64,000 nucleotides of DNA from Yuukianura sp. NJ FZ-2021 (Eukaryota), in NCBI GenBank assembly GCA_046563655.1, contig CM102285.1:12338001-12402000 (forward strand), written 5' to 3'. Position 1 is the first letter of the stretch. Every line of letters begins with the position of its first letter. The notes under the pieces are model-generated. The model had not been told where the DNA came from and searched no databases. It saw only the letters and a list, made by a program, of their open reading frames with translations. Shown here piece by piece: positions 46,204-59,200 of the stretch. Both the position numbers and the translations under genes were made by a program.

Positions 46204-46969
46204 TGGCTAACTTCGTTTGCTTTTCCACTTCAGTTGTACACAATCTTATGAATATAATCCTGATTGCCGGAGGCACTTGCACAAGTGCAACTGAATTTTA
46301 AATAAGAATTAGTATTTGTTTTTGAACTGTGAGCACAATAATACGATGGCACATGTGGTGTATCTTCAACTTATAAAATAAGTGAGTGCAGAGTGTAAAA
46401 ACCAAAACAATACTATTTATACAAAGTTAAGTATCTGCTGCAAGTATCCGCTGCTAAGCTGGTTATTCTGCTGATAGTTAATTTTCCAGGAGTGAAACTA
46501 GCAATTGAGATAATATCCAAGTTAATGACACTTTGCTTTCCATTTTGTCAGTTTTCGACATGTAGGGTGTAGCGTCTGCGTCGCACTGGTTATATAAAAA
46601 TTTTATTGAGCTGGATCAGTACTCAGCACAATAAGTTCAGAACTTACTTAGTACTGCTGAACTATGCAAAATGAAAAATAATCGGCACTCAAAGGATTTT
46701 ATTTGCTTTTGGAATTTGCAGATTGCGAATTTGACAAAAACAATGCTGAGTTTGACACTTGTGAAACAGGTTTCATAAAGGTATTCGAAATGAATACTTA
46801 AGCTGATGCGGAAGCCGATTACGAATAAGCTAAAGTACTCAACAACGTGCCATAGGTCAAACGTGATCAATTTCAAAAGCACGGTCTGAAATGCAAAATT
46901 TTAGAAATTGATGTGAAGGAATTTCCATTTAAAATACTGACGAACGCAGAATCACGTACAATTTCAGCA

Positions 46970-49029
46970 CTAGTGATCAAAACAGAAACAGTAATTTCTG
47001 AGAAACGCTTGAACACAAGAACTTTGACCTCCATAGGAATTGACTCGATTAATTTCACCAAAAAATGACCAATCAGTTCCGTTTTCAACAAGCAGCGTCG
47101 CTTCAAACACGCCATTTCCCGGTAACGTTTCAATCATAATCAAAAGTTTATGAATTTTGGAAATTATATCATCACTTTTTTGAAAAGAATCCATTTTGAG
47201 TAAAACGTCAGCACTCAGCACTTGACTCAATTGAAGCTTAGCACACTGTCGAGATGCAGATACAATTGAATTGATTTGGTCCAGAACGACCTTTGACCCG
47301 GCTTTGGCCAACTGATGATCCAGTGGAAGTGGCTGAAAAGCAGCTCCATCTTGATCACAAATGCACCAAGTAGAGTCTATTCCAGCGTCTTCGCAATGTC
47401 TATTCCACGGAATTCGGCTGAAATGACTTCTTCCTTTACCTCTGCTATTACCATCAGGATAGACTAAACGCTTTTCATGATCCAGAAGGTCACGCAAAGT
47501 TTCGTGAAGGTCAAATGGAGAACTGAGACGTTGACGATTAACTCTAAGATTTGTGACAGCTTTGGGATATTTTTCGATAAACCATTTTGGTAAAACGAAA
47601 AACAGAAATGGCATTTTCACTTCCAGTGCTCCTTGTTTCGTCTGTCGAAATTTTCCATAACGTTGTCCATGGTCACTCACGAAAATCAGCGCTGTCCGGG
47701 TCAAGTGACCTTGACCTTCGAACCACTTCAATGCTTCTAAAAGTACTTCGTCTGCAGAACTAGGGAAATCCAATCGCTCATGAAATCCAGCAGTAGCCCA
47801 AAGGAGTTGAAAATATGGCTGGCCTAACTTGGTCATTTGATTCGCGAATTTCATAGCATAGTCTAACAACATTTCAAGGCCAAGACGCGGTCCAAAGCAA
47901 AACGGGAAACCGTTGACACCGGAGTGGCCCATTTTCCGGTCCATGAGATCCATCAAGTCACGGACATAGTCAAGTGTCGGTTTTTTACCAAATCCTTTTT
48001 TGTCATATTCAAACATGCCTTGTCGAACGATATCCTCAAGAAAACTAGTGACATAGCCTTTTGCAGCATAGTCCGACCAGATGAAGTGACATTCGTCAAA
48101 AGTACTGCCAGTAGTGGGCCAACATATGTCTTTGAGCTGGTCCACACTCTGACCTGAAAGAATTGGCACAAGATTTGGAAAAGTTTCGGAAGCTACGTTA
48201 ACATAAGATTCCATTTCAATCGCTGACAGATTCGTTTTAAGGTAGTCGTATGTCAAAGGCATGTGACGAATCAAGTTCATGTGAGACACCGAATCCAGTC
48301 CAAGCAAGATTACATTCAAAATGTTGTTGTGCTGCTGACCTTTGACCTTGCTTTCGCCCTCAAAACGCAAGAGCAGCAACATGTCAACCAGATTTTGAGC
48401 TTCCGAGTCTTTTTCATCAGAACAAAATATTGAAATGAGTTTAACTTCTCCCGAAATTGGCGTGAAATTGGCAATTAGCGGAACACAATCATCTCTGAAA
48501 ACAAATGTTTGAAAAGACAAAGATTTCTACTGTGCCAGTAGGGTAAGTTCAAAACTTAAGTTAATTATTTTCTGCTTTAATTAAAATTTAATAATATGAA
48601 GTTAACTCACAGTATCATAGGAGGAAATGCTTTGTAGCAACAGTTGAACCATCCAACTTCTTCCGGTTCACGCAGAACAACTAAATTCGAATCCAAATCA
48701 GTTCCGAAAATTTTCTTCCACCGTTGTCCCTCACAGATGACTCGGTCACTTTGCAAAAAATCATTATCCACGCCCAAAAATGCATCCAAACGAGGCAAGC
48801 GACAGGTTAAGTCATTAACCTCTATATTGCTTAGAGTTTCTTCTGAAAAGTCCACAGTAACAGTTTCAATATTCCAAGAAATCAAAAAATAACACTTACC
48901 TGACCGATTTGAGTTAAAAACCACTGATTTTCGGGAATTTGGAAAAATTGTATATAGGGTGTATAATGTCAGTAGCGCGACCAACAGTACAAAAAATGAT
49001 AATCGCCTTCCGTCAGCTTTCAGTAGCAT
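46970..49029 (-). CDS. DUF229 / alkaline-phosphatase-superfamily membrane protein (3 exons)
   Basis: N-terminal TM anchor; LNVILLGLDSVS...HMPLTY, ETFPNL, FVSDHGQRYG, RLSSPFDLHETL, RHCEDAGI...WCIC, GNGVFEAT, RVNSYG...YCFC. Confidence 0.85.
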
Positions 49030-49589
49030 TTTTGTCACTTTTAATCCATACTATTTGGCTAATCTAAAATTGAAGCGTCGGTCAATAAAAACGAGAGTTA
49101 GTGTTGCTTTAATCCACTAGTTCATTATGCTTTTGAGCTTAAACTATACTGGCAATATTTCGAGTCGAAATTTTCGACTACGAATTGATGCTTAAGTTTT
49201 TGCAAAAGTAGGCCAAGCTTTTGTGATCAGTTTGAACAGAAAAAGTTAGTGTAGAATTCAGCACTTACTAGAACTTTCTTTTATCGTGCGACACGATAGC
49301 TGTGGATAATTTAGTAATTTCTTCTGCTTCAAACATTTAGTTTGATCAATTAGCCCAAAAGTTTAGACATGCTGATCATGAAAGCATGGATCTTTTAAAA
49401 AATTGATTCCTAGTTGTAGCGGTTTTCAGCGTACCAAGGAAACGATTTATTTGAATTTAAACAAAAACGATTATCAGATACTTGCCAACAATCTTTCAAG
49501 TTTTGAAATTTCATTTTTAGCAAGAAGCGAAATTTAAAATTTTGAAAAACTCAAACAGCAGCCCAGGCAGATCTTCGTCAACATTCAAA

Positions 49590-50913
49590 ATGACCTCGGC
49601 AGAAACAATGAACTGGGTAGAATCGTATCTTCCCACAATAATCTACGAACACTTACAAATTTTCAACAACTCAAAAGCGGGTAACTCGGTTTTCCAAATT
49701 CCAATTTCACTTTGAAATTCGAAATTTTGTTTTCCAAGACTTTGAAAAATTTGATTCAGGAAAAGAATTCATGGCCACAATTCTTCCAGTTATTCTCATC
49801 TCATCCGTTTTTGTGGTTTACTTCTACTGGAACGTCGTCGTAATTCCAGAACTGCTTCAAACTTTTGATTTTGGTGGATTCTGCGCAGTGGCTCTGCGCA
49901 TCTTGTTTCACGGCGTTGCAGCCTACCTGTTCCATGGCATCTGTTGTCACTACTACCTTGTCATCGTCCGGAAGTCATGTTTGACGCAAGACGACTTTGT
50001 GCCTTTCACTATTGACAATTCACAGGGTCTGGTTGACGATGGACGTCAAAAGTTTTCGGATCAGTTGTCGTGCATGACGGTTTTCGAAGAAGGTGGATTA
50101 GCCCCGCCCAAAGATTCTGACCAATGGCATCCCTGCTTCGAATGTCATGCCTACGGTAATCATGTGACTCTTGACATGTCAACTGGCAACTACTAACGTT
50201 AATATCAACTTTTTGTCTCAGTTTGCCCCAAGGCGTTCCACTGTAAGGAATGTCAACGGTGTGTTCTAAGACGTGACCATCACTGCTCCTACACCAGAAC
50301 TTGCATTGGACTAGAAAATCATGTCAATTTTATTGGATTCGTTGTTCATATTTCTGTCGGCTCAACCTTGGCTTTCTTAACTGGATTTCTTCTGGATTAC
50401 CAAACTTACGTGAGCTAAATTTCAAAAAGTTAGATTCAAATTTTCAAAAATAAATTCAAAAACTTCAATTTTTGGAACCAGGGCTTGATTAACGGTGCTT
50501 GGAACATATTCAAGCCAATGGGATTCTGGGTTGGCATCATCTACGGATCAGAATTTCGGCCGCACTATGTTCTCGTCCAGTTGACTTTGGTTGGCATCCT
50601 AATTTCAATTCTCTATTTGAAAAAGTGTATCCAGATGTGTTCCAGAGGTCAAACTTGTTTTGAAGTCAAGCGTGAAACTTACCTCAAATTGGCCAGCCCA
50701 GACTCATCTTACTACAAATTTGAACAATTCCTTGGACCGAATGCGATTTTCAAAATTTTGTTTCCGCTTTACCGCGGTACAACTTCCGCAGCAGCGTCGA
50801 CGTCCAATGATCGCCGTGGATTCATCGATGGATTTAATTCGTTTAAAGAAAGTTCAAACCAAAAGGTTTGTGTTTCACTTTGCACTGAGCAAAACACACC
50901 ACAATGGTTGTAA
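49590..50913 (+). CDS. DHHC palmitoyltransferase (4 exons)
   Basis: HPCFECHAY|VCPKAFHCKECQRCVLRRDHHCSYTRTCIGLENH cysteine-rich DHHC domain, flanking TM helices and a GQTCFE (TTxE-like) motif. Confidence 0.85.
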
Positions 50914-53900
50914 ATGTTATAAAAAATTATATTATTCCATATAAATATTTCAGCATTGACCTTGCCTAATTCCAACATGGCTGAATTTTGACAAACATTT
51001 CAAAGCATATTTTATTCGATATATTTTTTGGCATATTTCATTACAATTGGCATCACAAACATTACTTTAGTTTTAACATCTTACATAAAAAGCACATTGT
51101 CTGGCCACGTCACAGATAACATTTTTAAAGCTTTGTAGAATTTGCAACTTTCTAACATTCTTCTACTTTTCTACAATTTTCTAAAAACTAATTCCTTAAA
51201 TACTAATTTGTTAACCTAGAAGTTTGTAAGCGTCAACCTATATTCTCCCATTTTCAATTTTGTTTTTAGAAAAACAGAGTTTCAAACAAAACTCTTACGA
51301 ATTTTAGCTCATTTTGAAACCCACAAGTGTTCAATCCGTAACGCATCGCTAAAACTTTAGCTGTAAAGTTTGGTTTTTAGATTTTTGGTTTTCGTGGCGA
51401 AAATTGAAGTTTCCCTCGGCCAGGGTTGTAGCAATCTGTCTGTGAATTGAAGTGGAAGTGAAAGTGGAACTGACATTCCATTTAATTTCCGTCTGATCTT
51501 ATTTTCTCTTTAGACTCTTTTGAACTTTGTAACTTTGGTGATTTTTTCTGGATTCGAACTTCGACCTAGCACCACTTCAGGAAAAAGTAATTGTCGAGGA
51601 GGGAAGGATGTGGTAGGAAAACTGTAATGTTTATTTTTGATACTCGAATGGACAGTTGGGAAAATGTTTTCTCTCTGTTTTCCCTAGAGAAAGTTAGACT
51701 TTTCTTTTTGAACTGAAAATAGACTTTGAACTTTTAAACATACTTTGAATCTAAACAATTGATTTTTACGAAGAAAAAGCTAAATGTAAATATTAGAGCA
51801 AATTGGAACAAGAGGGAGGTCAAAGTTGAAAATTCAGGCCGAGTTTTGTATTCAGGCCAAACAGAAGTTAATATGATTCAAAAACAACTGAGAAGGATCA
51901 TCATTAGACTTTTGGGATCAAAAATTCGAGTTTCGGAATATGAATTCTTTAAAATGCCAAATTTTTTGAAGCATTACGTTAAATGAAGCTGAAAGAATTT
52001 TGAAAAGTGGTTTTTATTTTTGCTAAAGAAAAATAGCTTTATCGAGATGACAGGAGAAAGTGGAAAGAAAAATCTAGTCAGAAATGAAGGATGTAAAAAA
52101 TGTAAAACTGAAGATTGCTTTTGGCTTCCTTTCGTTTGAAAGTTAAAGTGTCACTTTCACTTCCTCAACTTAAGAGAGACGTGACGTTTCATTTTCTCTT
52201 TGTTTTAAAAGGGAACAGTGATGTTAATTAATTTGAAAGCTTTTTAGGCGTCTTTTTTTTTGAAGGAAAAGAGAAAACATGTACTTTTGAAATCTCCCTT
52301 CTCTGCCCATCCTTTTTGTGTCTTGCTTTCTGCGATGAAAGCTTTCCATTTTGAAAAAAAAAAGTAATAATTTTGACATTGAAACCCGTCTATCAATTAC
52401 ATTTTGACTTTCATCAAACCGTATTAAAGGCTTTTCAATATTTGGTCCCTCACTTTATCTATATTACATTTTATCCTATACCAAAAAGCCTCATCTTCAA
52501 AGAAAGTACTACTTTGAAGTTTTTCAAAATATGAGGTCAACTTTTTCAATCTTCGACATACTTTTTCGCTTTTCAAAAATTTCAATTTTAGTAAGTTCTC
52601 GAGGTTTCTAAAAGCTTTCATAGCGTTCTCAGAACCTAAACAAGGATCTCATTCATTTTAAAATTTGGAAAATATAAACAAAAATTAGATTTTAATGAAT
52701 TAATTTTAAATTTAAAAACCTAACGTAGTAGCTAAATTTTAGTCACACTTTTAAAATCTGCTGCTTATATCTGTATGGAAGTAGAAAACGTTGATAAATT
52801 TCATGCTTTCACCGCTAACCAAAGGAAATTGTACTTTAGTGTTGTTGCTTTCTAGTCAATTTGCCAATATTACTCTTTTACTCCTTGAGTTGAAATTAGA
52901 CTGTAGTGGTTTGCATGCAACCTTAAAAGGAAACTGGAAAGGTCAAAAGGTTACTTCAAACGAAATGGTCTGTGAAATTGGATTTTTACACGAATCTGTG
53001 TTTCACAGCAGCTTCTTTCATTTGTTCATTTCACGAATCATCAGTAGCCGCAGTAAAACACAAAAGAAAGCAAATGCAAACCAATTTTTTATTTCTTCAG
53101 CAGTAGTTGAAGATGCGGCATTTTTAAAATTTGAATTTTAAAAGCTTTCAAATGCATATACCATGCGGTGATACAACCACCAAAATTTTCCTATCGTCTA
53201 GACTTTCACCAGGGAATGCATGAGCTAAAAATTAGCCGCTAAAATCTAAATCTAGAAAATTTTGATTCTAAAAATCTTTTTTCCTTTTCTTCTAATTCTG
53301 GAAATCTACTTAAAGAACAAGCGTCATGGTACTTTCCCCAAGTTCTAATTCTATTTAGTCACTAGCCTATGCTTTTTAGATAAAGTTAGAACAGTTTTAG
53401 TAAAAACTACTTCTGTGTACTAATTTTTTTGGGAAGTGTTCTAATTTTCCTTGTTGTAAAACTTCAAAGATCAGTGCTGTGCCACTTCTAAAGTTCTACA
53501 AAATTAGACCTAAAATTTCAACTAATTAACACCATTCTCTTGTCTTTGAAGGAAGTAGTTCCAAGGTGTAGAATTACGAATTACGCGCTAGGTTGGAAGG
53601 AAGCAGTTGAACTTGAGAAGGAGAAGCGGGAATTTTGTCATTAAAAACTGGAAGAAATTCCTCAATTCTCTTCATCCATTCAATAAACTTCCCACTTCAA
53701 CTTTCTTCTTCAATTTCAAAGCCTTTTACTTTCGCTTTCACAACTTTCTCTTGTCTCCGAAATTCTTTAGAGAGTAATTTAAGCTCTTTTTAGTTTTCTT
53801 TTTCTCAGATTTAAAAAAAAAGGCTTCAAAAGAATTGAAAAATGAAGTTGTGAGACTCTAAAGTTCTGATAGTGAAAGTTCTCGGGAAAGCTTTTCTCTT

Positions 53901-55260
53901 TTTTTCAAAAAAAAGCAGGAGCATTTAAGTTACTGGAAGGGTCAACTGTTCTTATTTGCTTTGAACTTGAATCAAATGTAACAAGGATTGAATGTTATCG
54001 TTTTCCATTTCATAAAGTAAACAAGAAAAATAGAGTTTACTATGTTGGAGTAAGGAAGCAGTAAATCCTAGATTCAATTTTCCACATTTTCTAATTTGAT
54101 GGTTTCACTCAAGCACTTGGAACTTTCTTTCTTTTTTGAAAAACAAGCAGCAGGACGGCACCGTGGGAAAGAGACTCCAAGGAGAGTCATGCCTTGGAAT
54201 AAATTAATAGCAAAAGAGAAAGTCGTACGTGATTTGGAAACTTTGAGTTGGATTTTCTTGTGCTTTTAAAGTTACTCTCGGTTTTTGAAAAAAAAATTCT
54301 AAAAAAGAAAGGCTCTACAGGTGAAGAAAGTTTCAAAACTTTCTCTTTTGACAATTGTTCCTTTCCCAACAAATGCTTTTGTTGGCAAAAATTAGAATAA
54401 ACAAAGTTTGCAGAATTAAATTTTATGCGAAAGGCAATTCGTGCGGAATTGTTTTTCAGTGGAGAAAGTAATATTTAAAGCTTTTAAGAACAAACTGCGG
54501 GAGTTCTGTTTTGTTTTTGAGTAAAAACAAGGACACCTTCCAGGAACCTTCACAATTGACGTCATGCTTGCTTTGTTATTGGGTCAAATCCGAATCTCTC
54601 AAGATTAAGTAGATTAGACTTTGGGTTTGCAATAAGGTTTAGGTTTAAGCCTTAAATCCAAATAACGAACTCAACTTTATTTGTTTCTACAAAAAGCTTT
54701 CGCAAAAAGCTAAAACGAAAAGTGCGAAAACAAGAAAAATTCAAGTTGACTAGAGTAAGAGTTTGTTCCTTCTACAAATTTTGGAGATTTGACAAATTCT
54801 TTAGGCTTTTAACGGTAAGTCAAGTTTTTGAGCAAAAAGTTTTAAAGAGTTGCAGTTCTACTTTACCGCTTTTCCAAAATTGCCTCTGTACAGATTAGAG
54901 TACAAGTCCATTTTACGCCCAAATTGCGTGGTCCGAGTCAGTATTTTTTGAAAAAGCAACAGAGCCGCTTCCAACGGCATTATCAAATGAAATTCGTCCT
55001 GCTTTCACCTTACTCCCTGCAGTATACTGTACTTCTCCCACTGATAAAAACCCCTAACCCAAAGGGAGCAATGACCATCAGCTTTTGAAGTCTTGTACTG
55101 TCTATGTTTTGATTAGGGTAGGACTTTGTTCTGTTCATATTGAATTTCCAACAAGGGATTTGCATTATGGAAAAAGGAATTATTTCATATAAGTTTTAGT
55201 CTCTATGAGAAATAATTGGATCCTCACAGGGTTTGTGTTGAAACCATGAAAGTGGAAAGT

Positions 55261-55388
55261 GAAAGCAAAACTAAAATACTAGGAGAATCTAGAAAGTAGA
55301 AAACTAAAATACGAGAACCTGGAAAGTAGAAAACTAAACTAGGAGAATCTAGAAAGCAGAAAACTAAAATAGTAGGAGAATCTAGGAA
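55261..55388. repeat. ~30-33-bp minisatellite (GAAAGTAGAAAACTAAAATACTAGGAGAATCTA-like, 4 units)
   Basis: Direct repeats visible in the sequence. Confidence 0.75.
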
Positions 55389-56289
55389 GAGAGAGAGAGA
55401 GTAGGCTAACTTAAGTAAACTAACCAAAAGACATGGGTCATCCGCAGGGAGTTTAGTATTAGATGAAGCCCTATAAATAGAAAGCATAGTTTCCTAGTGT
55501 CTAGCTACCATTTCTGAGCTACTTCCAACATCAATTCTCTCCAGGAGCAGAAAATATTGACAAAAATTTTGTTGTCTGTTGAAAGAGAAAGTCTTGTTGA
55601 ATGGGGTGGGCGTGGATCATCATTCATTTCCACTTTGGATCACCTTTCCTCTTCAAACGCAAAGTAATCTAAAATTAGATTTCTAAACTCTTTTAGTTTT
55701 GACTCTTAGCAACTTGCAAAATCAATTTCTCGAATTTCCGAACTTGAAAACAACTTCACTCCTATTTTTATCATTTTTACACACAAACTTTCTCCTGGGA
55801 AATCTCCAGAAGACGAAAAGCAGCAAATTAAGAAATCCGCGTTTTGGCATTTTCAAAACCAAAAAAATTATGTAGCACCTCGATTTTTTACAAATTACGG
55901 TTAACGATCATGGAAAAAATGTATTGTTTGAAGCCACAATTGAAACTGTTTCAACTTTCACATCTTAGAGTCAAAAACAACTTGTTTTTGTTATCGAAAT
56001 TTCGATTTGCTCGTGTGAATTTTTTTTTTCAAAGAGCCATTTTCAGTATTTTTTGAGTTACAAAGTTTTGCGTCATTGAAAATATAGGATCAAGCGGAAA
56101 TTGTTTTTTTGTGTCAACTTCTCAAAAAATGACTGATACTTTTCTCTTGCGGGGAAAGTTGATCGATGGCCTTTTTAGTCTATTTTCAACCTTTTTCAAG
56201 ATTGTCTTACCTTTAGACTATTTTCGCTAAATTTCTTCTAGTCCTTTAATATTTTTCATATCAAAATTCGTTAAATTCGTCTTCAAAAA

Positions 56290-59200
56290 TTAAAGCTCGT
56301 ACACATCCCTCTGTTTGTAGTTCATCCGAAGTGGACTACATTTGATATTAAATCGAGTCTGTAGAGTTGAAGAAGCCACTTCATTACTTCCTCCTGTTGA
56401 TGAACTGTACATGTTATATCCCGGAATAATATGAACACGAACATCACTTCCAGCTCTCAATGGATCTCTTGGTCTCCGGGTCAGAGCCACCGAAGTTTTA
56501 CAGCAACAGTAATGAAATAACTGGACATAGCACCGTCGAAAGTCGCGATTCGCCAAGAGATTCACAACACTTGACAAGCAGGAGGGAAGAATAGCTGGCC
56601 AAATGATCAAGCGTTGCAAGTTGAGAAATGGATCGGCCGGAAGTGGGGTCACGGGAGACGTGGAGGCCGTTGTCATTAGGAAGTGGCGATGCTGGAAGTC
56701 CAGGGATCTCGTTTCTGATTGGTTAAGAATACTTAGAAGTGTTGCAACAAAGGACGGAAGCCATATAAGAAGTCGCACAAGCCAGTTCCATCCGTTTGTA
56801 GCCACAAGAGCAAATTCTCTGGACGTTAAAAATGGTTTCGGTTTTTTCCAGGCTCGCATGATACAAAGTGTTTTTAGAAATCCAAATCCACCGAGGATTA
56901 CAAAAGAAAGCGTACAAATTCCATAGACGGTGAGTGATTCAAATAGGAGTTGATCATTGAGACGATGATTTGTCATAGCTGGAGGTGATTTTGGTTTCTC
57001 ACAAATTGCCACCATGATTTGTGGCATAAATAAAAAATGGACTAGGACAATAATGCCTGCCAGAAGCCAAACAGTTAGATTGAGAACCGTAACTTGCCAA
57101 ACTGAACAAATCGGTTCTTTGCGAACAAACATCGTTTGGGGAGGTAAAAGTAGAAGTGATGGTGGATATGACTGATGATGGTTTTGGAAACTGGTAACAG
57201 TCTGTTGCTGAAATTGATTTGAGGAATGTGCTGTTCCAGTTTCGGATGCTGATGCTGGCATAGGGTAGTGTCCTACGTGAGAATGTTGTGAAGGAGTCTG
57301 GAACAGTTGGCGGTCTCGCTGTTGATCAGCGAGGCGTATGGATTTGAGGCGTAAAAAATTTTCAATTCCAATAATGGCTGTAAACATGGCGGCGGTGAGA
57401 CAAGACACAGAGCCAAAACCATACTGGAGTCGACAAATATTCTCTGAATCTTCCATTTCGCCGAGTACAGCTACTGAAGATGCTGGAAGAACTATGCCAG
57501 TGATAAGGAGGTCAGCTAGAGTGATGCTGGCTAGAAACGAGTTACCTGAAAATAAGGAAAGCCAAAGGTCAAAGGTCAAGCCGAGAAAATCATTCACCTG
57601 GAATACTATTTTGTTATACTTTCAGTCTTGCGTCTTTCGGCACTTCTTTTTAGGACGTCAAACGAGTAACAGAAAACATAGTTTTTAAAAAACGTCAGCA
57701 GGCAAACCTTGGCAGTGGAGAAAGTTTATCTAGCTTTGGTTGTTTTTTGAAAGCTTGAACATAGTAAAAGCCTATGTCGACAAATTTTGAAATATTCATT
57801 GCATATAAGTTGAAAGCCAGTCTCACAAAGTTCAAACATGTCAAAGGTCATTTCGTAAATAAATTTCAGATTTCGACCCACCATCCATTCATTATTCGAC
57901 AATACAGCTTTAGGCGGCTTTAGGCAAGGATTCAGAAATAAGCATTAAGGAGGTTGTCATTGATTAAGCAATTAAAAGATGAGTCGTGCTAAACCGCATC
58001 AATTTTTCATTCGGGTTCTCGGAACTTTCGAATAGAGGTGAAAGCTGTTGTTTGAAAATTCGCGTGATTTTGGTAATTTCCTGTTAAATGAGTAATAGGC
58101 TACCTGAAACAGGTTTCCAGTGATTCACGCAGTAAGAATACTTTGTGTTGTTTTCCAAAACCTCAGAAGGTACAATTATGACTAACCCTTGGATCCCAAA
58201 ATCGAAGCTATTGACTTTTCTATCCGATTCATGACAGCTTCATCTATTATTAACAAGCTTTCAAAAGCCAAAAAGTTACTGCCAAAGTTTGAACTTTTAG
58301 AGATAGAGTGCTGTGCGACAGGAAAAGGCATGACCTTTGACCTCTCTCGGGACTGTAGAGGTCACGCATGAAATTGAAAGGTCAATAATCAATATTCGAT
58401 TAATGGAAACAAGTAACCAATAAATATGTGTAAAACACGCTCCAAAATATTCAAAATTCTTTTCTGGTAAAGTTCAATGCCGGCTGAAAAAAAGCACAAA
58501 TCGGCTAAGATAAAATTTTGTAATTTTCTTTTTAATTTTTTGATTTGCCGCAGTGAAGGTAACTCCGAGATTTGTTTTAAAATCTTATGACAAAAAAAAA
58601 CTTTAAAAAGTTGATCCAATGCTAATTAATTTTTCAAAATCTCTTTTAAAAAAATGTTTTTTTTTTTAAAATGCGGACGTTTTTGTGAGGAAAATCACGG
58701 ACCAATGAGTTCCTTAACTGGAAAATCCGCACATTTTTTAAAAGTCAATTTTAAAATAATTTGCCTTTGTCTAACAAAACCTTTAGTAATGCCTCTGTGC
58801 ACTCCAGGAGCTCCAATATTTTAAAATTTCCTACTTTCCAAAAAAAGGAAAATCAAACCTTAAAAAAAAGGAGCTAGTGAAAACCGAAAGTTCCTTTAGT
58901 TGATCCACTTCTGGGAAATTTCCACTCCAAATCATTATTGCAGTCAAGTGAAAAGAGTCTTTCACCAAAAATCATTTCATTCTTCCAATTCATAATCCAG
59001 GAGTTGACTAGATCCTCGAAAGCCAAGGAAAAGTTCATGAACTTTGACATTCTCCGATTTGGCTTTCTTTTCATTAAGTTTCTGGAAGATATTTCTTTGA
59101 AATAAAAACCAGTTAAAATCTTCTCCTGAAATTGAACTGGAAGAAATGAGTTTTTCTGGTATAAAGCCATAGCGGGAAATATTGGGAATGGAATGAGGAC

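Noticed and set aside
51000..56200. Short ORFs in the AT-rich region between the DHHC and GPCR genes (likewise those in the GPCR intron)
   Set aside because: Low-complexity K/F/L-rich translations with no family motifs, consistent with non-coding DNA.
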